Of a DNA stretch of 64,000 nucleotides, positions 50,144-60,393 are shown one piece after another. Numbering within the stretch: the first letter of the stretch is position 1; each line of letters opens with the position of its first letter. The notes under the pieces are model-generated. The model had not been told where the DNA came from. It saw only the letters and a list, made by a program, of their open reading frames with translations, and did not search any database. This DNA comes from Patescibacteria group bacterium UBA6017 (GTDB lineage: Bacteria; Patescibacteriota; Saccharimonadia; UBA4664), in contig DIZX01000015.1 of NCBI GenBank assembly GCA_002429485.1, positions 325,488 to 389,487 of the forward strand, given 5' to 3'. A program made the translations under genes and the position numbers.

Positions 50144-50944
50144 ATGGAAGCTATGTTAAAAGTTTTCAAATTGCATCGATCGGTTCATTCCACTCTTCTT
50201 TCAAGTAGAGTAACGGGTGTAATACGTAACCACGGCGCAAAAACCAATCTCGAGTCACTCAAGCGCCTTCAGAAGTCCGATCCGTATGTCACCTTCGGCA
50301 TTAAGGCCGTTGAAACCGCCGCAAAAAAACATGCCTTCACCATCCCTAAGCTAATCGAGATCGTATCGGCTTCGCTTGGCATTTCGGCGGACCGGTTTAA
50401 GCAGGACGGACCCGGATTCATCGATACCAGTCTCACCGGGGAGCGCCTCAGCCAGATGATGTCTATCATTGAGGACACCATCGCCCATGGCGGCAAGATC
50501 GTCCTTGCTACGGCACATCCGGGGTCTATGCTGGCCTATTACTTGCGGTTGGCCCAACTTATCGTTAGTCGCGGCGGCGAGCTGGCTACCACATCGGCGC
50601 CGGTTATGATTGCCCCGTATCGTTGGATCGATTCGATTGACGGAGTTCACGTGCTCACCGATGAGGGTGGTCTCCTGCACACTCACGATTCGGCCGGCTT
50701 CGAGCATTTTCTATCAGAGTTGCCCAGTGTTCCCGCGCTTGTCGTTGCCGACCATGGCTACGCCGGCGCCGCAATCAACCGCGGCATCAAGACCGTCGCC
50801 ATCCACGACGTTGATGATCCCGGGATCCCAGTGGCAGCCTATCTGGGCTGCGATATCTTGGCTATACCTATGAATGACAATCAACTAAATCAGCCAACCG
50901 CTACCGTCATCGACGCTGTGCTTGCTGCTCCAGATAACCATTGA
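50144..50944 (+). CDS. hypothetical protein (266 aa)
   Basis: ORF of soluble composition with no recognised motif. Its stop overlaps the next gene's start (ATGA). Confidence 0.45.
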   Translation: MEAMLKVFKLHRSVHSTLLSSRVTGVIRNHGAKTNLESLKRLQKSDPYVTFGIKAVETAAKKHAFTIPKLIEIVSASLGISADRFKQDGPGFIDTSLTGERLSQMMSIIEDTIAHGGKIVLATAHPGSMLAYYLRLAQLIVSRGGELATTSAPVMIAPYRWIDSIDGVHVLTDEGGLLHTHDSAGFEHFLSELPSVPALVVADHGYAGAAINRGIKTVAIHDVDDPGIPVAAYLGCDILAIPMNDNQLNQPTATVIDAVLAAPDNH

Positions 50945-51918
50945 TTGAGCTCGATTACAACTTCCTCGAGGAGCTCGAACACCGCCTGCTCCCGCTATTA
51001 ACTCGCTTCGGTATTGCCGTCGAGCAGATTCAGCCCATCGGCATTATCGGCCGCGGTGCCAGTTCCACGGTATTTTCCCTGCTTATTAATGGCAAATACC
51101 ACGTTCTCAAAGTTTATTACTCACACACCTCATTTCTGCGCGAACAGCGCAATCGGCGCCGCCTCATCTGGCCGCCCCGAATCGTGCTCGCCAGTCGGCA
51201 AAACGAGAATAGCCTCGGCTACGATCTGGTAATTACCGAGGTTCCGGAGGGGTCTAGTTTCAATTCGGATAACCTACTCGATTGGGTTCAGGAGAAAATG
51301 GGTCGGCACTTGCTCGAGCTGCACCGTCTCAGGCGCTCTCGCAAAGTAACCATATCCAGCTTGCGTCATGCCCTGGATGACGTTGAGGAGGGTGCACTCA
51401 AGGCCGGTGACATCTATGGCGAGTCCGGTCCGGGAATTATCTCTGCAGTTATCGACGACGTTCGAATTTGGCTAACCCAAAATTCCAAAATCATGCGCGT
51501 CGGCAGTTCGGTGCTTCATAACGATTTGTGGTGGGACAATATCATTGTCGCCAAGGATGATGTATTTCTGATCGACTGGGAGTCGATGAAAACCGGTGAT
51601 TATGCCGAAGATCTTGCCTTCAGCCGCGTAATGATGGATTATACCTCGCCGCATTATCGGCAGAATAAATTTTGGCGAACCGAGCGCAATGAGGCTGTGG
51701 CTGACCGATTTTGGGGCGGCATCGTGGAGATGTACGTCCACGAGTTCGAAGATGAAACTCTATCCGAGCGTCTGAAATTTTACCTTGTACTTCAAACCCT
51801 GCGCCGGTTAAGCGATATAGCTTATAGCGACTTGCCGCCGAACATAGAATTGCTCCATATCTGGATCGATCAGCTCCCCGGTTTCTGGCAGCGCGGGATC
51901 GATCGCACCGAAGTCTAA
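50941..51918 (+). CDS. APH/ChoK-fold phosphotransferase (possible sugar/maltose kinase)
   Basis: Brenner motif HNDLWWDNIIV and the downstream IDWE (Mg-binding Asp). Kinase-like length and N-lobe. Confidence 0.6.
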   Translation: MIELDYNFLEELEHRLLPLLTRFGIAVEQIQPIGIIGRGASSTVFSLLINGKYHVLKVYYSHTSFLREQRNRRRLIWPPRIVLASRQNENSLGYDLVITEVPEGSSFNSDNLLDWVQEKMGRHLLELHRLRRSRKVTISSLRHALDDVEEGALKAGDIYGESGPGIISAVIDDVRIWLTQNSKIMRVGSSVLHNDLWWDNIIVAKDDVFLIDWESMKTGDYAEDLAFSRVMMDYTSPHYRQNKFWRTERNEAVADRFWGGIVEMYVHEFEDETLSERLKFYLVLQTLRRLSDIAYSDLPPNIELLHIWIDQLPGFWQRGIDRTEV

Positions 51919-52001
51919 CCTTGCAATTTACCCGAAACTAGGGTATAGTATCTGTTAGGTTTCTCTACAACCCGCACCTCGACCCCAGAAAGAGGCCCGT
52001 C

Positions 52002-52754
52002 ATGGACTTCCCAACCCTTGGACGCTTTCCGGACGCTGTTCGGTGGCTCGGCGTTGATTTCTTCAACACCCTCTGCCGCATCGGTTTCATCGATGGCCCC
52101 AAAACCGCCTGGGAGGTTCTTCGCTCCTTCGGCATTGACGTCAACATCAATGACCTCTGGCCGTCATATCGCAAACACGAGATCGATGATCAAACGGGCC
52201 GGATCACCACCAACGAGAAGTATGCGCGTCTGCTCGCAGACCTGCATCTCTTCAGCAATACCGACCCGTACGCCAACCAGCAGTTGATTTTGGCTCTCCG
52301 CGCCGCGGAGAAGCGAGACCTCATGGCAAACGGCGGCGTCCTCGAGGGTGCGGAAGAATTTCTTCAGTGGGCATTGTCCCGCAACATCACCCTCATCTTG
52401 GTCTCCAACGTCACGGAGGTCGGCACCGAAGTTCAGAGAGAATCTGGGCTCATGCCTTACTTCGATAGATTGGCCACTTCTCGCAATCTCGGTGCTGTCA
52501 AAAGTCCCGAGGAAATGACGCTCAACCTCTTTGAGGCCTTCTGCTGGACCTACGACCTCGACCCGACCGCCGGCGTCATCGTCGACGATGAAGAGCGCTG
52601 GCTGGAGGTCGCCCATCTAGCCGGACTCTGTACGGCACTTCTGACCTTGGCCTGGGCGACAGATCGCACCATGACCATGCAGGAGACGTTCGTGCCAGGC
52701 ATCGTGGCTAAGGACTTCCTGGCTCTTCAGCTGGAACTCGAAGCCGTAGTATAG
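52002..52754 (+). CDS. HAD-superfamily-like hydrolase with a degenerate motif I
   Basis: Motif I-like LGVDFFNTL (second Asp replaced by Phe); motif IV-like GVIVDDEE. Confidence 0.45.
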   Translation: MDFPTLGRFPDAVRWLGVDFFNTLCRIGFIDGPKTAWEVLRSFGIDVNINDLWPSYRKHEIDDQTGRITTNEKYARLLADLHLFSNTDPYANQQLILALRAAEKRDLMANGGVLEGAEEFLQWALSRNITLILVSNVTEVGTEVQRESGLMPYFDRLATSRNLGAVKSPEEMTLNLFEAFCWTYDLDPTAGVIVDDEERWLEVAHLAGLCTALLTLAWATDRTMTMQETFVPGIVAKDFLALQLELEAVV

Positions 52755-52795
52755 CCCGCCCGTGTCCGTCGGCTCATCGCCCGCAGACCAACCCC

Positions 52796-52838
52796 TGCCC
52801 CGTGCAGTGACAAGGCCCCCAGCCTTCACCGCTCGGGG
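52796..52838. terminator. bidirectional terminator with an 11-bp perfect stem between convergent genes
   Basis: gacaaggcccc-cagccttcaccgctc-ggggccttgtc. Confidence 0.65.
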
Positions 52839-52859
52839 CCTTGTCATGCCTGCTGCTGA

Positions 52860-54356
52860 TTAGTTGGACCTTTGCTCCACCTGGCCGCCGCGGATATGGT
52901 CGTATTTGGCTTTATATTCGGCAATCACTTCCTCGACATGCTTATTGGGCAGCCTCGATTTGAGCAGGTCGGTCACATACCAGGCGTCGTATATGTCGAG
53001 TTTGTGTTCGAGTTTATACATCCCGTCGCGCCAGAGTATCGCTGCTTCATAATCTCCGCGCTTTGCGGCCGCCTTCTCCTCGGTGCTCATCAGGTGAATG
53101 TAGGCGTCCCAGGTAGCGGCGTCCACTCCGCCCTTCTCGAGCGTGCCCGTGCGCAGTGGGATTCGTATCTTTTTGTCTTGGCCCGAAGATATCACGGCAT
53201 CCACCTTGCCCGTGCGCTGCCAGTCATAACTCATCCACATAATTTGATGGTACAAATCAAGCCCCTTCGAAATGTCCGCCGCGCTCACGCCCGGCACATG
53301 CTGCAACGTATCGAGCAGATAATACGCGCCGCCTTCGATATGTTCGATCATCCACCAGGGCTTAGCCGTAGCCCAAAAAAACTGATCCGAGGCCAGTGCC
53401 GGATCCAGTTTGTTGCGGGCAATTTCGTATCCGGCGGCAGACTTGTCCGCGGCGTGCACCGTTCGCATCACCAGGTTCATGAGCTCCCATTGTAGCTGGT
53501 GGATGGTATTGCTCGGATCATCCCACGACACAAACTCCGTGCCGTGCTCGATGTCATACTCACTCGAGGCCCAGGTACAGGCCACCGTCTTTACTTCTTC
53601 GGTCTTCGGAAACTCCTCAAGCAGATCGCTCACCCGCACCATGTTGATTTCCGGATTCTTAAACATCCCGAATAATAATTGCTCGTGACCCACTCGGTGG
53701 TGACCGAACGTCTCTCCGTCCATAGCCGTCACGATCATTCGTCTCTCGTGCAGCGCCGTACCCGCCGCGTCTTTCAGCGCCTGAGTATCGCGCGGACCGG
53801 CACTCATGATGGTCGCACTTAACCGGTGCTCGCGAAAAATTGCTCGCAATTTAGTGCCTTCGATGATGTATTGCTTCGTGTAGTCCACCGTCCCCATCTT
53901 GCCGCTGTGCGCCAGTTCATCCACCATCACCCAGTCAAAGCCGGCCTTTTCGAGCAGTGGCGCTAGCTTCGGATGATAAGCCATTTCGGGCAAGAATATG
54001 CCTCGCCTGCGGTAGGCATCGCCCAGATGGCGCCGGTTGGCCTCATCATTGATCTCGATCTGCCTTAGGGCTTCCGCTGCCGGCAGAAGGGGGAGTGTAG
54101 TGTGATACTTGGCCGAGCCCACGAATTCCACCTGTCCGCGCCGTGCGGCCTCGGCATACATTTCGATAACGTCGCCGTAGCCATACTCCGCCAGCTGATC
54201 CAGCAGCACGCCCGTAAAGTTAATCGTGATCCGCGCGTCGGGGTTCGCCAAAATCCCCTCTGCCACTGGTCGGTAGCACTGGGCCGCTATGGCATCAATA
54301 ATCTCCCGCTTTTGGCGGTATGGTTGGTAGAAATGTAGTAAATTAGCCCAAAACAT
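52860..54356 (-). CDS. glycoside hydrolase family 57 enzyme (GH57-type alpha-glucan branching enzyme / 4-alpha-glucanotransferase)
   Basis: N-terminal HFYQPYRQ and GH57 catalytic-region blocks; about 500 aa; glgA neighbour. Confidence 0.75.
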   Translation of the reverse strand: MFWANLLHFYQPYRQKREIIDAIAAQCYRPVAEGILANPDARITINFTGVLLDQLAEYGYGDVIEMYAEAARRGQVEFVGSAKYHTTLPLLPAAEALRQIEINDEANRRHLGDAYRRRGIFLPEMAYHPKLAPLLEKAGFDWVMVDELAHSGKMGTVDYTKQYIIEGTKLRAIFREHRLSATIMSAGPRDTQALKDAAGTALHERRMIVTAMDGETFGHHRVGHEQLLFGMFKNPEINMVRVSDLLEEFPKTEEVKTVACTWASSEYDIEHGTEFVSWDDPSNTIHQLQWELMNLVMRTVHAADKSAAGYEIARNKLDPALASDQFFWATAKPWWMIEHIEGGAYYLLDTLQHVPGVSAADISKGLDLYHQIMWMSYDWQRTGKVDAVISSGQDKKIRIPLRTGTLEKGGVDAATWDAYIHLMSTEEKAAAKRGDYEAAILWRDGMYKLEHKLDIYDAWYVTDLLKSRLPNKHVEEVIAEYKAKYDHIRGGQVEQRSN

Positions 54357-54384
54357 TATTGAGTGGTCCCCTTATCGTTACTGC

Positions 54385-55857
54385 CTACCATCGTTTCGGA
54401 ATCGACCAGGTCACGCCGGCCTTCTCTTTGATCGCCGCTTTATATATTCGAACGTACTTTTTGGCCGGGATCTCCCATGAGTAGGATAGCGCCATACTTT
54501 TTGACATCAAATTCCACCACAGGTCCTTGCGCCCCCACAGGTCGAGTGCACGCTTAATGGCTTCGGCCAATGCTTCGCCGGTGTATTCGTCAAACACGAA
54601 TCCGTTGCCCGTATGGTTGTGCTGGTTGTAATCGCTGATCGTGTCGGCCAACCCGCCCGTACGCCGGACCACCGGAATCGTACCATACCTCAAGCTCACC
54701 AGCTGGCCCAGTCCCGAGGGTTCAAACAGGCTCGGCATCAAAAATATATCCGATCCCGCGTAAACTAAGCTTCCGAGCGCTTCCGAGTATGGCCGAAATG
54801 CCACTTGGTTGGGAAACAGCTTCATCTTGTCGGTCAAAAATTCGGTAAATGATCCTGAAGTCGAATCGCCCACCACTACCAGCTGTATACCGGTTTTCAT
54901 TAATTCATCGAAGATTTCGAACACTAGGCTGAAACCTTTTTGCTCAGTTATACGTGAATTCATGCTCAGAATTGGAACGTCGAGTATCGGCAGGTTCAGC
55001 CGGTGCTGCAGCGCCCTCTTATTGTCATATTTGCGGTGCATAATTTCAAAGTCGTAATTTACCGGCAAGTTGGTATCGAACATCGGGTTCCAGTAGGAGT
55101 AATCCACCCCGTTGCGAATCCCAAAAAACGTCCTGGACCTGGGAATTAATGCGTCGCTCAGCCCGTGGCTGGTCTTGGGCTGAAGCAGTTCTTTGGCATA
55201 CTGTTCGCTTACCGTCGTCACGATATCGGCGTTCACGATCCCGCGTTTGAGGAAGTTGATGTTTTGCACCTTGTTGATATCTGTCGGCGGCACGCCCTCG
55301 CCGCAATCGCGGTCTTCCTCGGGTATGGCCCACTGGTCGGCAATCGATACATAGGCGCTATTATGAATTGTTTCCACGGTCGCAATCTGAGCGAAGCGTG
55401 AAGTCGGCGGCAGATATTTGATAATATTCGGAATTAATCCTGCGTGCCAGTCGTGCACATGAATAATGTCGGGTATCCAGTCCAGTGTGTCCAGCAGCCG
55501 AAATACGCTCAAATTGAAGGCGTAAAACGGCAAATTGCCCCGTTTCGGGTCGTAGATCGCCGCCTGTGTGCTGGGAAAGTAGAAGGGCGAATCAAGAAAG
55601 TAAATCGGCACTTCTTGCGCCAAAATGCTAGCCCCGAAGCTCACTGGTGTCCGCTCGCCGCCCACGTTAAGGCTGATTGTCTTTCCGATTGGCACCAATG
55701 GGTACTTTTGCGGGTCAATCGCTCCGTAGCGCGGCATGAACACCCGCACATCGTGGCCCAACCGACGCACCGCCTTGGGCAGGGCGGCCATCACTTCGCC
55801 CAGTCCACCGGTTTTGGCATACGGTGCCACTTCTCCGGCTATCATGAGAATATTCAT
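54385..55857 (-). CDS. glgA: glycogen (starch) synthase
   Basis: MNILMIAGEVAPYAKTGGLGEV (KTGGL motif); GT-B fold; 490 aa. Confidence 0.85.
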   Translation of the reverse strand: MNILMIAGEVAPYAKTGGLGEVMAALPKAVRRLGHDVRVFMPRYGAIDPQKYPLVPIGKTISLNVGGERTPVSFGASILAQEVPIYFLDSPFYFPSTQAAIYDPKRGNLPFYAFNLSVFRLLDTLDWIPDIIHVHDWHAGLIPNIIKYLPPTSRFAQIATVETIHNSAYVSIADQWAIPEEDRDCGEGVPPTDINKVQNINFLKRGIVNADIVTTVSEQYAKELLQPKTSHGLSDALIPRSRTFFGIRNGVDYSYWNPMFDTNLPVNYDFEIMHRKYDNKRALQHRLNLPILDVPILSMNSRITEQKGFSLVFEIFDELMKTGIQLVVVGDSTSGSFTEFLTDKMKLFPNQVAFRPYSEALGSLVYAGSDIFLMPSLFEPSGLGQLVSLRYGTIPVVRRTGGLADTISDYNQHNHTGNGFVFDEYTGEALAEAIKRALDLWGRKDLWWNLMSKSMALSYSWEIPAKKYVRIYKAAIKEKAGVTWSIPKRW

Positions 55858-55970
55858 ACGTGGTCACCTTGATTAGAAAATGGGTTGATTGAGCCCCTTG
55901 TACCCTATTTTAATCCCTGGAGCCCCTGCCCCGCAAATCGCAAATCCCGTCTACCTGCTACAATTGCCCT

Positions 55971-56528
55971 ATGATTGCTAGCCTGCGCGGAATTCCAGTT
56001 GAAAAACTCGACAGTACTATCATCCTCGAGGTGTCTGGTGTGGGCTATGAACTCGCGCTAACGACCGAGGAATGGGGTGCGGCCAAGCTTGGCACCGAGG
56101 CTCACTACTATGTCTACGAGCAGATACGCGAAGATACCCATAATCTATACGGTTTCTCCACGCTAGGTTCCAAACAGCTGTTTGCGCAGCTGCTCGGCAT
56201 TAGCGGCGTGGGGCCAAAAATGGCCATGCAGATCCTCTCCAGCGCGGGGGAGTCCAGATTGCGCCAGGCTATTGCCTCGGGCGATCCTGATCTGCTCAAG
56301 GGCATCACCGGCGTCGGCCCCAAGACCGCCCAGCGCGTCATCGTGGAGCTGCGCGGCAAAGTGGAAGCGGGCGCTGCCGGCCTCGCCCCAGTGACCGATC
56401 CGACCTATCAGGCCCTCATTGCGCTCGGCTACACCCCGCCCCAGGCCACCACGGCCGTCGGCCAGATTCCTGACACCATCACCGGCGATCAGGAGCGTCT
56501 CAAGGCTGCTCTCAAGGGAGTGAAATAG
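55971..56528 (+). CDS. ruvA: Holliday junction branch migration protein RuvA
   Basis: OB-fold N-terminus MIASLRG...; two HhH motifs (GIGPKTA-like: ISGVGPKMA, ITGVGPKTA). Confidence 0.9.
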   Translation: MIASLRGIPVEKLDSTIILEVSGVGYELALTTEEWGAAKLGTEAHYYVYEQIREDTHNLYGFSTLGSKQLFAQLLGISGVGPKMAMQILSSAGESRLRQAIASGDPDLLKGITGVGPKTAQRVIVELRGKVEAGAAGLAPVTDPTYQALIALGYTPPQATTAVGQIPDTITGDQERLKAALKGVK

Positions 56529-56960
56529 GTGAAACCACCCGTCCTCCAGGTGGCAGCCAAGGCCGTCATTGTTGACGGTGCCGGTCGACTACTCCTGGTC
56601 CGCGAAAGTCGCAAAGCGACCAATACACAGGAAGGGCTCTACGGCCTCGTCGGCGGTCGCCTCAATCCCGGCGAAGGCTTTTTCGATGCCCTGCACAGGG
56701 AGGTCAAAGAGGAGACCGGACTCAACGTTACTCCCATAAAGCCGCTCTTTCTCGGTGAGTGGCGGCCCAAAATTCTCGGCGTCGACTACCACATCGTGGC
56801 GACGTTTTTCTGGTGTCACACCGATACCACCGAGGTCACTCTTAGCGATGAGCATGACCACTTCATTTGGATTGATCCGTCCGATTACCCCGAGTACTCC
56901 ATGATGAAGCCCGACGATTTTGCAATTGATCAGTTAATCAAAGAATTGAGGCATCAATGA
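56529..56960 (+). CDS. NUDIX hydrolase
   Basis: Nudix box GGRLNPGEGFFDALHREVKEETGL. GTG start directly after the ruvA stop. Confidence 0.75.
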   Translation: MKPPVLQVAAKAVIVDGAGRLLLVRESRKATNTQEGLYGLVGGRLNPGEGFFDALHREVKEETGLNVTPIKPLFLGEWRPKILGVDYHIVATFFWCHTDTTEVTLSDEHDHFIWIDPSDYPEYSMMKPDDFAIDQLIKELRHQ

Positions 56961-57769
56961 ACCCGCTTAAACTTAGTTCCGGCACCACAATACCCGCCAT
57001 CGGCTTCGGCCTCTGGCTGAATAAGGACCGCGAAACCTGCATCGCATCGGTCGATGCCGCCCTCAAGGCCGGCTACCGGCATTTTGATACGGCCCAATAT
57101 TACAAAAACGAAGCCTTTCTGGGCTGGGCGCTTGCCAGCTCAAATATTCCGCGCGAGGAGTTATTTATTACCACAAAAATCTCCAATGAGAATCAACACT
57201 GGACCGACCTCACCCCGAGTTTCGAAGAGTCACTCAAACACTTACAGACCGATTACGTTGATCTGCTTTTGCTCCATTTTCCCGTTACCGAACTCCGCCG
57301 CCCAGCCTGGCGCAAGATGGAGGAAATCTACGAAGCCGGTCACGCTAAGGCTATCGGCGTCAGTAATTACACCATTACCCATCTGACGGAACTATTGGCC
57401 GAGTGCACCGTTCCTCCGGCGGTGAACCAAGTGGAGCTGCATGTATTTCTGCAGCAGCCCGAGCTCGTAAAATACTGCCAGGATCACAATATTGTCGTCG
57501 AAGCCTACTCGCCGCTAGCTCATGGTGAGGGTCTCGATAATCCTGTGCTCGCCGAAATCGCCAAAAAACACACCAAAACCCCGGCTCAGATTATGATTCG
57601 CTGGTGTCTCCAGATTGGTACCGTACCATTGCCAAAATCCGAAACTCCGGAGCGTATCAGGCAAAACCTCGAGGTCTTCGACTTTGAGCTTGATACCGAC
57701 GACCTGGCGAAAATCAAAACTCTCGAGTCAAATCTCCGCACCGCCTGGGACCCCACGCACGTCGCCTGA
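56957..57769 (+). CDS. aldo/keto reductase
   Basis: AKR catalytic tetrad context (DTAQYY, ...K..., IGVSNY...H) and a TIM-barrel-length protein. Confidence 0.85.
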   Translation: MNPLKLSSGTTIPAIGFGLWLNKDRETCIASVDAALKAGYRHFDTAQYYKNEAFLGWALASSNIPREELFITTKISNENQHWTDLTPSFEESLKHLQTDYVDLLLLHFPVTELRRPAWRKMEEIYEAGHAKAIGVSNYTITHLTELLAECTVPPAVNQVELHVFLQQPELVKYCQDHNIVVEAYSPLAHGEGLDNPVLAEIAKKHTKTPAQIMIRWCLQIGTVPLPKSETPERIRQNLEVFDFELDTDDLAKIKTLESNLRTAWDPTHVA

Positions 57770-57781
57770 TACAATAGCAGT

Positions 57782-58807
57782 ATGATCGAACGCATCGTCA
57801 ACCCAGAAGCCACCGAGACCCCCGCCGAAGCCACCGAAGAGCTGGTCCTCGGCGAAACTCTGCGTCCCAAGACCTTCGCCGCCTACGTCGGCCAGAAGCT
57901 GCTCAAGCAAAACCTTTCGCTTGCCATCGACGCCGCCAAGCACCGCGGCGAGCCGGTTGACCACATCCTGCTCTATGGACCGCCCGGGCTGGGCAAGACC
58001 ACCATGGCTGGGGTTATTGCTACCGAGCTCGGTACGAGCCTCCGTGTGACTTCAGGGCCCGCCATAGAGCGGGCGGGGGACTTAGCCAGTCTGCTCACCA
58101 ATCTCGCCGACGGCGACGTGCTGTTTATCGACGAAATTCATCGCCTGCCCAAAACAGTTGAGGAGGTCATGTACCCGGCCATGGAAGACTTCGGGCTCGA
58201 CGTCATGCTTGGCAAGGGCCCATCGGCTAAATCCATCCGCCTCGACCTGCCGAGGTTCACCATCATCGGCGCCACCACCCGCGCCGGGGCCATCAGCGCC
58301 CCCTTACGTGATCGCTTTGGGCACGTTCACCGTCTGGAATTTTACTCTCCGGCTGAAATGATCGAAATAATCGAGCGTGCCGCCGGCATTCTTGGCGTCA
58401 AGCTCGACCGCAGCGCCGCCGAAGAAATCTCGATGCGCGCCCGCCTCACCCCCCGCATCGCCAACCGCCTGCTCAAGCGCGTCCGTGACTTCGCCCAGGT
58501 GCATCAGGTCGACACTATCACCCGCAAAGACGCCCGCGCGGCCCTGCATTTGCTCGAAATCGACGACCTCGGCCTCGATACCTCCGATCGCCAACTGCTC
58601 ACTGCCATCATCAATCATTACGCCGGCGGACCGGTGGGCCTCACCACGCTGGCCGCCCTTTGCTCCGAAGAAACCACCACCATCGAGGACGTCTACGAGC
58701 CCTATCTCATGCAAATCGGTATGCTCGAGCGTACGCCCCGCGGCCGTTGTGTCACCCCCAAAGCCTACGCCCATCTAGGTCTCACTCCGCCAAAAGTCGA
58801 AAAATAA
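57782..58807 (+). CDS. ruvB: Holliday junction branch migration ATPase RuvB
   Basis: Walker [10 protein letters not shown]; Walker B FIDEIHRL; sensor and winged-helix C-terminus. Confidence 0.95.
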   Translation: MIERIVNPEATETPAEATEELVLGETLRPKTFAAYVGQKLLKQNLSLAIDAAKHRGEPVDHILLYGPPGLGKTTMAGVIATELGTSLRVTSGPAIERAGDLASLLTNLADGDVLFIDEIHRLPKTVEEVMYPAMEDFGLDVMLGKGPSAKSIRLDLPRFTIIGATTRAGAISAPLRDRFGHVHRLEFYSPAEMIEIIERAAGILGVKLDRSAAEEISMRARLTPRIANRLLKRVRDFAQVHQVDTITRKDARAALHLLEIDDLGLDTSDRQLLTAIINHYAGGPVGLTTLAALCSEETTTIEDVYEPYLMQIGMLERTPRGRCVTPKAYAHLGLTPPKVEK

Positions 58808-59013
58808 TGAACCAGATTCCTGCCGAGAGCCATACAGATAACCTGGCCCGAGACCTCCGTCAGGCCGAAGTAATCAAGCAAAACATGGCCGAGCTTATGA
58901 GCCAGCTCGAGACGAAAGCCACCGGTAAAACCATTCCGAAACCCGGCGGTTGGCGCCATCATCCCTTGGATTGGGCCGAGCAGAATCCATCCCAAAATCT
59001 ACCTATAAACTAG
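58807..59013 (+). CDS. hypothetical small protein (68 aa)
   Basis: ATG overlaps the ruvB stop (TAATG). Charged composition; low confidence. Confidence 0.3.
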   Translation: MNQIPAESHTDNLARDLRQAEVIKQNMAELMSQLETKATGKTIPKPGGWRHHPLDWAEQNPSQNLPIN

Positions 59014-59015
59014 CC

Positions 59016-59300
59016 CTATCTAAACGGGTCGCTTTTGCCGAGATCGCCGATCGGCACGTTGCCCTGAACCACATCCAGTTTCTTTACCGCTTCTATGGTT
59101 GCCTTGTCGAAGCTGATTTTGGCGGCCGGATCTGCAGCCACCGGCGCGGTCACGTCGGCCTTCACGTTGAGTGCCGTATTCACGATTAAGGCCGTATAGC
59201 CAAAAACCCCGATCAGAACCGCGCCAAAAACGTATGGCTGAAGTTGCCGCAGAATCGGCAGGATTTTTTTGTAATCAAGATTGAGTTTCATATTATTCAT
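59016..59300 (-). CDS. small membrane-anchored protein, last gene of the pilMNO operon (PilP-like position; C-terminal GKSDPF)
   Basis: Start overlaps the pilO stop. N-terminal TM, then a short periplasmic domain ending IGDLGKSDPFR. Confidence 0.45.
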   Translation of the reverse strand: MNNMKLNLDYKKILPILRQLQPYVFGAVLIGVFGYTALIVNTALNVKADVTAPVAADPAAKISFDKATIEAVKKLDVVQGNVPIGDLGKSDPFR

Positions 59301-59851
59301 GGCTTTATATAGGCATTAAGTGCGATCGAATACACAATCGGCTTGGTTTTATCTGGGCGGCTAATGGCAAGATTGGTGACGTTCGTAAACCGGTTTAGGC
59401 TTTCAACTTTAGCGGTAAATTGCTGTAATTGATCGTAATTACCCGAAAGCTGGAAGCTGATCGGCATTGCCAGTACCGTGCCCGATTTTATCGTCTGCGA
59501 CACCGAAGTCGGTAGGCCAACCGGGCTTGGCATGCTCAGGCTGGTGATTTGGAGGCCTACCTGAGAAGCAATACTCTGGAGCTGAGCCAGTACTTCGGTC
59601 TGTTTTTTATCACGAGGCAGGGCTTCATCCAAGAGCGGCAAAATCGGCGTAATCTCTCGGTCGTACAGCCGTTTTAACCGGCTGAGGTTCTCGATTTGGT
59701 TATCGGCCGCTACTTGGGAGGCCAGACCGGTTGATAATACTGCTGAATCGGCCGAAAGCTGTTTCATCCCCAGGTAGTAGCCGCCACCCGCGAGCAGAAC
59801 TGTTGCTGTAAAAACGCCTAGCAACACCAGGAAAAATTGCTTCGGTTTCAT
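59297..59851 (-). CDS. pilO: type IV pilus assembly protein PilO
   Basis: N-terminal TM, coiled coil, and a C-terminal PilO-like domain. Translationally coupled to pilN. Confidence 0.65.
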   Translation of the reverse strand: MKPKQFFLVLLGVFTATVLLAGGGYYLGMKQLSADSAVLSTGLASQVAADNQIENLSRLKRLYDREITPILPLLDEALPRDKKQTEVLAQLQSIASQVGLQITSLSMPSPVGLPTSVSQTIKSGTVLAMPISFQLSGNYDQLQQFTAKVESLNRFTNVTNLAISRPDKTKPIVYSIALNAYIKP

Positions 59852-60393
59852 TTTGCCATCCCCGGCTTAAATGCCACCACTACGCTGGTTTCGAAGGAAG
59901 AGCCGTTGCTGGAGGATATAGTTTCAAGATCCGCGCCGGATATGCGCGGGGAGGTGATCAGGGCGTTACGAAAGGCCAGCGCACCGGAGTAGCTCGAGGC
60001 AGTTACGGCTATTCTCACTGGTGCTGCATCGTTGCCGGTGAGTGTCATTGAATTGATTGACACTCCCTGCGGCACCACCTTGGCTATGTCGGCTATTACC
60101 GCCGAAAACCTAGTCTGCGTAGCCAGAACGTACTTAATCGCGCTTAGCCGGTCGCTGGCATCCCTGGCCTTAGGGGTAAATGTCTTGTTGAGAGCCGCAA
60201 TCACCGCCTGTTTTTCGGCCACGTCGGCCGCCACATTCTTCGTCTGCACTCCTAGGTAGTAGATGCTAACGCCGAATATCACCCCAAGTACCGCGACTAC
60301 TGCTACCGATACGCGGACATAGCCTATCGCCAGGCGATTTAACTTGGCGAAACGAATCTGATCTTTGATTTCGGGAGGCAGTAGGTTAATCAC
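59848..60393 (-). CDS. pilN: type IV pilus assembly protein PilN
   Basis: MINLLPPE conserved N-terminus (INLLP motif) followed by a TM helix. Confidence 0.75.
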   Translation of the reverse strand: MINLLPPEIKDQIRFAKLNRLAIGYVRVSVAVVAVLGVIFGVSIYYLGVQTKNVAADVAEKQAVIAALNKTFTPKARDASDRLSAIKYVLATQTRFSAVIADIAKVVPQGVSINSMTLTGNDAAPVRIAVTASSYSGALAFRNALITSPRISGADLETISSSNGSSFETSVVVAFKPGMAK

